This document shows, one piece after another, positions 8,649 through 14,874 of a DNA stretch of 32,000 nt (its first letter is position 1; every line of letters begins with the position of its first letter). This DNA comes from Candidatus Iainarchaeum sp. Its GTDB lineage: Archaea; Iainarchaeota; Iainarchaeia; Iainarchaeales; CSSED10-239. The stretch is from assembly GCA_037441475.1 (NCBI GenBank), contig JBBISB010000001.1, positions 637,465 through 669,464 of the forward strand, written 5' to 3'. The notes below the pieces were generated by a model. That model did not search any database, was not told the origin of the DNA, and was given only the letters and a program-made list of their open reading frames with translations. Both the position numbers and the translations under genes were made by a program.

Positions 8649-8842
8649 TTTTTATGACGTAAGCTACATAACTGTTTAAAAACCACCCTTACCAAAACCT
8701 TTATATACCTGAAAAACTATGTTATTTATATAGGTATGCTTATTTCTATAAAATTTATATTAAGTTTAAAGGTATAAGTAAAAAAATATATGTTAAAAAA
8801 ACAACTATTTTTATAAACATTAAAAATATAGAGGTGTAAACA

Positions 8843-9748
8843 ATGGTTAAATGTCCAGAATGTGGAAACACAAAGGTCTACAGAGATTCAAAAAGTGGAG
8901 AATATATCTGTAGTAAATGTCATACTGTTTTATCAGATTACCAAATAGATACAGGTAAGGATTGGAGAACTTTTGATAATTCTGAAAAACAAGATAATGT
9001 TAGTACCGGTTCACCAATGAAGTATACAAAAATAAACAAAGGTCTTGAAACAATGATTGAAAGATCAGGAAGAGACTTGAGAGGAAACAAACTTTCCACA
9101 AAATCAAGAGCTCAGATGTACAGACTTATTAAATGGCATAAAAGATCTTCAATATCAAACTCAGTTCAAAGAAATTTATCCATAGCTTTAACAGAACTTA
9201 AAAGAATTTCATCTTACCTTAACATACCAAATCCTTTAGTTGAAACAGCAGCTTTACTTTACAGAAAGACTGTTGAAAAAGGACTTATAAGAGGAAGATT
9301 AATTGAGGCTGTTGTTGCTGCTGTTCTTTACTCTGTTTGTAGGACATACAATGTTCCAAGAACATTAAATGAAATGGCTGAAGCTTCAGGTCTTACAAAG
9401 AAAGAAATTGGAAGAACATATAGGTTTATTGTAAAAGAACTTGATATTGCTGTTCCTTTAACAGATCCTAGTTACTATATCTCAAGATTTGTTTCTGTTT
9501 TAACATTATCAGCTGAAGTTGAAAATAAAGCAAAAGTTATTGTTAAAAAAGCAATAGCATCAGGTTTAATCTCTGGAAGAGGTCCAACTGGTGTTGCTGC
9601 AGCTGCTGTTTACATAGCTGCTTTAATGACTGGTGAGAGAAGAACTCAAAAAGAGGTTGCAAATGTTGCTGGTGTAACTGAAGTAACCATAAGAAACAGA
9701 TACAGAGAGCTTAAAGCAAAACTTAAGCTTAACATAGATGGAGAGTAA
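8843..9748 (+). CDS. tfb: transcription initiation factor IIB (TFB)
   Basis: N-terminal Zn ribbon CPECG...CSKC, two cyclin-like repeats, and the hallmark C-terminal HTH AGVTEVTIRNRYRELK. GAGGTG Shine-Dalgarno element 6 nt upstream of the ATG. Confidence 0.95.
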   Translation: MVKCPECGNTKVYRDSKSGEYICSKCHTVLSDYQIDTGKDWRTFDNSEKQDNVSTGSPMKYTKINKGLETMIERSGRDLRGNKLSTKSRAQMYRLIKWHKRSSISNSVQRNLSIALTELKRISSYLNIPNPLVETAALLYRKTVEKGLIRGRLIEAVVAAVLYSVCRTYNVPRTLNEMAEASGLTKKEIGRTYRFIVKELDIAVPLTDPSYYISRFVSVLTLSAEVENKAKVIVKKAIASGLISGRGPTGVAAAAVYIAALMTGERRTQKEVANVAGVTEVTIRNRYRELKAKLKLNIDGE

Positions 9749-9824
9749 AATCTCTTTCTTTTCTTTTTCTTTTTAATTTAAATAATAAATACTATTTATA
9801 ATTTATTTGTTTTATAAATATCAT

Positions 9825-10286
9825 ATGGAACCAATTAAGATATCTTATAAGTAAGTAGAAGATTGGTGCAGAAAGATCTATCTTCAAGCAAAGAAACAAA
9901 ACTATTCTCCTGATATTCTTTTAGGAATATCTGTTGGTGGTCTTTTCCCTACAGTTCATCTTGCAAGACTTTTTAACACTAAAAATGTTGTTAGTATAGC
10001 TGTTAAGTCCTATGATAAAAACAAAAGAGGAAAGATAGAAGTTATTAACCTTCCCTCAAAACAACTTTTAAAAAATAAAAAAATATTAATTATTGATGAG
10101 ATCCTTGATTCTGGAAAAACAATTGAATTTATTTCTTCACTTTTAATAAACAAATTTCAGGTAAAAGAAATTAAGACAGCAACCATATATGTTAATAAAA
10201 AAAACTGTTCCTTCTATCCTGATTTCTATGTTAAAACAAACCCCCAGTGGCTTGATTTTCCATGGGATAGATTTGAAAAGGTTTAG
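9825..10286 (+). pseudogene. type I phosphoribosyltransferase (purine/xanthine-guanine PRT-like) interrupted by one in-frame TAA
   Basis: Hand translation gives MEPIKISYK*VEDWCRKIYLQAKKQNYSPDILLGISVGGLFPTVHLARLF...KKILIIDEILDSGKTIEF...DFPWDRFEKV*. PRPP-binding loop ILIIDEILDSGKT is present. TAA at 9852-9854. The 143 codons after it are stop-free and contain no in-frame ATG/GTG/TTG, which is why the ORF track misses them. Confidence 0.7.
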
Positions 10287-10389
10287 TTTATATATTTTTT
10301 GCCTCTTAAATATATATACTTGTAGAAATATGCAAGTGAATCTTTTTTAACTATTTAAAATTATAAAAAAAATAAAAATGTGATTACAA

Positions 10390-11307
10390 ATGAGTGAAAA
10401 TACAAATATTTACGATTTAGCAATTGTTGGAGGAGGAGCAGCAGCAATGTCATGTGCCCTTTACTCAGGAAGATATAAAATGTCTACTGTAATGTTTACA
10501 GATTCATTTGGAGGAACAACAGCCTCAGCCCACATGATTTGGAACTACCCTGGTTTTTTAGAAATCTCAGGTATGGACCTAATGTCAAAAATGACAGAAC
10601 AGATAAACCACCTTAAGATACCAATAAAGTATGAAAAGGTAATAGATATTAAAAAAGAAAATAATTACTTTATTGTAAACTCAGATCAAGAGTCTTTAAA
10701 AGCAAAAAAAATATTAATAGCCATAGGTATGAAGAAAAGAACCCTTAACATACAAGACGAAGATAAGTTTTTAGGAAAAGGCGTGCATTACTGTGCTACT
10801 TGTGATGGTGCTTTCTACAGAGATAAAGTGGTTGGAGTTATTGGAGGGTCTGACGCTGCAGTAACAGCAGCTCTTTTACTTTCAGAGCTTGGAAAAAAAG
10901 TTTACTTAATCTATAGAGGAACTTCCTTAAGAGCAGAACCTATGTGGCTTGATTCTCTTTACAAACAAAAAAATGTTGAGATTCTTTATAACTCTGAACT
11001 TAAAAAGTTAGTTGGTAATGAAAAATTAGAAAAAATTATTCTTAAGGACGATAAAGAAATTGTTCTTGATGGTATCTTTATAGAGATTGGTCATGTTCCA
11101 AACACAGAGCTTTTAGAAAAATTAAACCTTACCTTAGATTCACATGGAGAGATAATTGTTGATAGAGAGCAAAGAACAAATATACCTGGTGTCTTTGCTG
11201 CTGGAGATTGTACAAACCAATCTGAGCTTAAACAAATAGTAACTTCAACCTCCCAAGGAGCAGTGGCTGCCTACCATATGTTCAAGGATTTAAAGGCTGA
11301 ACAATGA
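10390..11307 (+). CDS. trxB: thioredoxin-disulfide reductase
   Basis: FAD motif VGGGAAA, redox-active CATCDG, NAD(P)H motif GGSDAAVTAA, C-terminal FAAGDC. Confidence 0.9.
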   Translation: MSENTNIYDLAIVGGGAAAMSCALYSGRYKMSTVMFTDSFGGTTASAHMIWNYPGFLEISGMDLMSKMTEQINHLKIPIKYEKVIDIKKENNYFIVNSDQESLKAKKILIAIGMKKRTLNIQDEDKFLGKGVHYCATCDGAFYRDKVVGVIGGSDAAVTAALLLSELGKKVYLIYRGTSLRAEPMWLDSLYKQKNVEILYNSELKKLVGNEKLEKIILKDDKEIVLDGIFIEIGHVPNTELLEKLNLTLDSHGEIIVDREQRTNIPGVFAAGDCTNQSELKQIVTSTSQGAVAAYHMFKDLKAEQ

Positions 11308-11413
11308 CAGCTATACATAAAAAGATACCTTTATTAAACATACCATTAATCATATTATTAAGGGGTTTTTTAAAAACATTTTTTAAATAAAATAACATCT
11401 AATAAAAACAATA

Positions 11414-12109
11414 ATGAGGGGTTTTATGACCGATATAAATAGTAAAGTAAAAAAGTCTTTTGAGTCAATTAATAAGAATCTTTATAGGACAAACAAGGTT
11501 TTAGAGCTTTATAACCCATTACATGATATAATAAACAGCTTAATAAACGATTATAAAGAAATTTATGAAATAGGAAAGAAAAACGAACATTTAGAAAAAG
11601 AAATTGAAGAAGAAATTAAAAAAAGAGAGCTCATCTCTTTGTTTAAGAAAATGCATTTAACTGTTGCTGAAATTAAAGAGGAAATGGATATTTTCTATAA
11701 AGAGATGCAAGATGCAGATAAGTTTTTTGAAAAATACAGAACATACAGAACATATGTTTTTACAGATACTTTAAAGGCAAAAGACTATATCCAAAAACTA
11801 ATCTCTTCCTTTGACATTAAAGACTTTATTTTAAAGTTTAATGTTGTTGGAACCATTGATCTTTCAGACATTTCAACAAAAGTAAAAGGTAAAAAACAAG
11901 GTATTGATATAGTTGTTCCATCTGAAAACCTTGGTTTAATCTTTGATGAAATCTTAAAGTCTAAGACAGTTAAGTTTAGATTAGTATCTGATGCTATAAC
12001 CATCTATTTCGAGAAAGACATTATTCTTTATATAGAAGGACAAAGTAAGAAAATCAAGTTATGTGATATTGAAGCACAAAACTTTAATGCTAAGGTTATT
12101 GAAGATTAA
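11414..12109 (+). CDS. hypothetical coiled-coil protein
   Basis: ORF. A GAGGGG Shine-Dalgarno-like element favours the internal ATG at 11426 as the true start. No family recognised. Confidence 0.5.
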   Translation: MRGFMTDINSKVKKSFESINKNLYRTNKVLELYNPLHDIINSLINDYKEIYEIGKKNEHLEKEIEEEIKKRELISLFKKMHLTVAEIKEEMDIFYKEMQDADKFFEKYRTYRTYVFTDTLKAKDYIQKLISSFDIKDFILKFNVVGTIDLSDISTKVKGKKQGIDIVVPSENLGLIFDEILKSKTVKFRLVSDAITIYFEKDIILYIEGQSKKIKLCDIEAQNFNAKVIED

Positions 12110-12156
12110 AAAAAACCTTAGTCTTTTTATTCTTTTTTAAACATGATTATTTCATT

Positions 12157-12822
12157 ATGGATAGATTAATAACAATCATTGACCAACCAAACTGGAAACT
12201 ACTATTATTTGATTTAGTTAAATCAAATGATTTTGATATTTGGAACATTGATATAGTATCCTTAACAGAGCTTTATTTAAAAAAAATAATTCAGCTTAAA
12301 GAGGGTAATTTAATGGTTCCTGCAAATGCTCTTTTAGCTGCCAGTATTCTACTTAAAATAAAAACATATACCTTAAAGCTTACAAGCATAGAACCTGAAG
12401 AAGAATTAATAATACCAAAAGAAGAGGATCTTTTGCTTAATGCTTTAAATCTTGATAACCAAATAAGGAATAAAGAAGGACAAGTTTCTTTAGATGACTT
12501 AATAGAAGCCATTGATTCTATAATGAATAGACCAACTAAAAAGAACTTAGAAAAAATGATTAAGGAAAAAGCTGAAATTGAATTTATTCTTCCAAGGACT
12601 ATTGAAGACATTAACTACAGGATAGATGTTCTTTATACCTCTATTAAAAAACAAGCTGATGATGAAGGTTGTTTAACTTTTAAAAAACTTTTTTCAAATA
12701 ACATTAATAACTTTGATGTTGTAAACAATCTTTTTATACCTCTTTTATTTCTTCATCAAGAAGAAAAAATAAATGTTTGGCAAGATGACTTTTTTTCTGA
12801 AATTTTTATAAAAGTTATTTAA
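12157..12822 (+). CDS. scpA: segregation and condensation protein A (kleisin ScpA)
   Basis: N-terminal ScpA signature: NWKLLLFDLVKSNDFDIWNIDIVSLTELYLKKI. Length and helical C-terminus fit the family. Confidence 0.8.
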   Translation: MDRLITIIDQPNWKLLLFDLVKSNDFDIWNIDIVSLTELYLKKIIQLKEGNLMVPANALLAASILLKIKTYTLKLTSIEPEEELIIPKEEDLLLNALNLDNQIRNKEGQVSLDDLIEAIDSIMNRPTKKNLEKMIKEKAEIEFILPRTIEDINYRIDVLYTSIKKQADDEGCLTFKKLFSNNINNFDVVNNLFIPLLFLHQEEKINVWQDDFFSEIFIKVI

Positions 12823-12880
12823 TTTTTTCTTTTTAAGTAATTTTTTCTTTTTTCTTTGTTTAATCTTTTTTTTAAAAACT

Positions 12881-12923
12881 TTAACACATATTTATAAATA
12901 TTATGTATGTATATTTTATCTAT
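12881..12923 (+). promoter_or_regulatory. candidate archaeal promoter block (TATA core TTTATAAATA at 12891-12900), duplicated at 14793-14835
   Basis: The 43-nt block ttaacacatatttataaatattatgtatgtatattttatctat is 40/43 identical to the block upstream of the second adhesin gene. It lies 57 nt upstream of the ATG at 12957. Confidence 0.5.
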
Positions 12924-12956
12924 TTTGTAGTTATTATTTAAGAAGGACCTTGTCTT

Positions 12957-14741
12957 ATGAAAAAAATAAAAAAACTTATTTCTAAAAATAAAGATGTGAA
13001 AAAAGATATGAATCATAATAAAAAAGCTCAAGTCTCAATTGAGATGATTGTTATTTTAGGAATATTGATTTTAGGTGCTGTTATTTTAGCAACCTTTCTA
13101 GGTCTTTTTGGTGAAAAAACAACCCAGTTAACAGATCTTAATGAAGTTGCTGAAGGTACTTTTGATGGTTTTTTAAATAATTTAGGAAATTCTTCAGATG
13201 GAAGTTTCCCACAGCAGCCAGGAGGTACAGGAATAAACTATACTTTAACATTAATTCCAAACAATGCATCTTTTGGAACAGCAAACACCTCTGGTAGTTA
13301 TCAGTCAGGTTCTTTAGTAACTGTTACAGCAACTCCTAGTGCAGGTTATTCTTTTGTAAACTGGACAATCACTTCAACAGGTGTTGTTGCAAGTACAAAT
13401 GCAAGTTATTCTTTTACAATGCCAACAAACAATTTAGGTTTAACAGCTAATTTTTCTTCAAAAGCTCCTACCTTATATACCTTATCATTAGTTGAAAATC
13501 CAAATGAACCTAATGCAACATTGATTGGTGCTGGAAGTTATGCCGCAGGAACAGTAGTTTCAGTTTCCATAACCACTACAGGTTCAATATTTTTTAATAA
13601 TTGGACAAACCAAGGCGGAACTGTAGTAAGCTCTGTTGCAAATTTTAATTATACAATGCCTGCAAGTAATACAACATTAACAGCAAACTTTTCTACTGCT
13701 GCAACTATGGTTTCTTATTTCACTTCTACATGGGATACAACAAAAACAAGCCCAGGTTCTTCTAATAGTAATCAAATAAAATTACCATTAGTTCCAACAG
13801 GGACATATAACTTCGTTGTTTATTGGGGAGATAGAACTACAAACACTATAACCACTTGGAATTCTTCAAATGCAACCCATACATACTCTTCACCTGGAGA
13901 GTACACAATATATATCTCAGGTGTAATAAATGGATTTTCATTTAATAATTCTGGAGATAAATTAAAATTATTACGAATAGGTTCTTGGGGTCAATTAAAC
14001 TTAGGAAATACAGGTGGTTATTTCTATGGTGCACAAAATCTAGAAATAGATGCAGCAGATTCTCTTGATTTAAGAGGAACAACAAATTTATCTTCTATGT
14101 TTAGAGATTGTTCTTCAATTACAACTATTCCTTCATTAAATAAATGGGATGTTACATATGTAACTGATATGAGTTCAATGTTTTCATATGCAACTTCATT
14201 TAATGCTCCTTTAAATACTTGGGATGTTAGAAATGTAACAAATATGTCTGGGATGTTTAATGGAGCTACTTCTTTTAATCAATATATAAATGACTGGGAC
14301 ACTTCAAATGTTAGTGATATGCAATACATGTTTTTAGGTGCAGAAAAATTTAACCAGCCCTTAAACCAATGGAATGTTTCAAATGTTAGAAATATGGCTG
14401 GAATGTTTGCAAGTGCACAGAATTTTGATCAACCTTTAAACAGTTGGGATGTTTCGAAGGTAACGCTTATGGAGGGTATGTTTGGTAATGCGTATTCTTT
14501 TGATCAGCCTTTAGATAGATGGGATATTTCAAACGTTATTTTTATGGATTATTTTTTTGGAGATATAACTTTATCCACTAAAAATTATGATGCAATATTA
14601 AATTCTTGGGCTAATCAAAAATTAAAACAAAATGTTGTTTTTGATGCAGGGTATAGTAAGTATAGTTCTTCTGGTGAAGCTGCAAGAGATGTATTAATTA
14701 AAAACTATAATTGGACTATTAAAGATGGCGGTCTTCAGTAA
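12957..14741 (+). CDS. class III signal peptide (type IV pilin-like) surface protein with 2 InlB-B-repeat-like domains, a PKD-like module and DUF285/BspA-like 26-residue repeats
   Basis: ...NHNKKA|QVSIEMIVILGILILGAVILATFL is an archaeal prepilin-type signal. An alternative start is ATG 13008 (MNHNKKAQ). Repeats at 13239-13454 and 13476-13691 (...GYSFVNWT...LTANF). PKD-like module WGDRTTN...THTYSSPGEYTIYISG. About 7 repeats of W[DN]V.NVT.M..MF..A.SFNQPL. Confidence 0.85.
   Translation: MKKIKKLISKNKDVKKDMNHNKKAQVSIEMIVILGILILGAVILATFLGLFGEKTTQLTDLNEVAEGTFDGFLNNLGNSSDGSFPQQPGGTGINYTLTLIPNNASFGTANTSGSYQSGSLVTVTATPSAGYSFVNWTITSTGVVASTNASYSFTMPTNNLGLTANFSSKAPTLYTLSLVENPNEPNATLIGAGSYAAGTVVSVSITTTGSIFFNNWTNQGGTVVSSVANFNYTMPASNTTLTANFSTAATMVSYFTSTWDTTKTSPGSSNSNQIKLPLVPTGTYNFVVYWGDRTTNTITTWNSSNATHTYSSPGEYTIYISGVINGFSFNNSGDKLKLLRIGSWGQLNLGNTGGYFYGAQNLEIDAADSLDLRGTTNLSSMFRDCSSITTIPSLNKWDVTYVTDMSSMFSYATSFNAPLNTWDVRNVTNMSGMFNGATSFNQYINDWDTSNVSDMQYMFLGAEKFNQPLNQWNVSNVRNMAGMFASAQNFDQPLNSWDVSKVTLMEGMFGNAYSFDQPLDRWDISNVIFMDYFFGDITLSTKNYDAILNSWANQKLKQNVVFDAGYSKYSSSGEAARDVLIKNYNWTIKDGGLQ
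13256..13416 (+). repeat. near-identical block A shared by the two adhesin paralogs (partner 15177-15337)
   Basis: 157/161 nt identical by hand alignment, while the sequence immediately upstream of the block is unalignable. Confidence 0.85.
13845..13961 (+). repeat. perfectly identical block B shared by the two adhesin paralogs (partner 16750-16866)
   Basis: 117/117 nt identical. The extended segment 13821-13970 vs 16726-16875 has only 4 mismatches, and the flanks are clearly more diverged. Confidence 0.9.
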
Positions 14742-14744
14742 TCC

Positions 14745-14752
14745 TTTTTTTT
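14745..14752 (+). terminator. oligo-T tract (T8) immediately after the first adhesin gene
   Basis: taatccTTTTTTTTaaaa starts 4 nt after the stop. Oligo-T tracts are the usual archaeal termination signal. Followed by a fresh promoter block. Confidence 0.4.
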
Positions 14753-14760
14753 AAAAATAA

Positions 14761-14792
14761 TTAGTAATTATCTTATTTAGTAATTATCTTAT
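14761..14792. repeat. perfect 16-nt tandem duplication (ttagtaattatcttat x2)
   Basis: Read directly from the sequence. Sits immediately 5' of the duplicated promoter block. Confidence 0.9.
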
Positions 14793-14835
14793 TTAACACA
14801 TGTTTATAAATATTATGTATTAATATTTTATCTAT
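14793..14835 (+). promoter_or_regulatory. candidate archaeal promoter block (TATA core TTTATAAATA at 14803-14812), copy of 12881-12923
   Basis: 40/43 identity to the upstream copy. The 15-mer atgtttataaatatt (14800-14814) also recurs exactly at 24901-24915, upstream of the GT2 gene. Confidence 0.5.
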
Positions 14836-14874
14836 ATACATCCTTATGTTATAAAATTATAAGCGTCTTTAATT

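Noticed and set aside
8649-8842. C/D-box sRNA or small ORF in the 194-nt spacer upstream of tfb (ATGACG ... CTGA spacing of about 60 nt)
   Set aside because: The C box (RUGAUGA) is not matched, there is no C'/D' pair, and only trivial ORFs of 13 codons or fewer are present.
9852-9854. TAA reassignment (alternative genetic code) as the explanation for the in-frame stop in the PRTase
   Set aside because: It is a single instance. TAA terminates many well-supported genes in the window at the expected positions, for example trm5 and the Lon-like gene.
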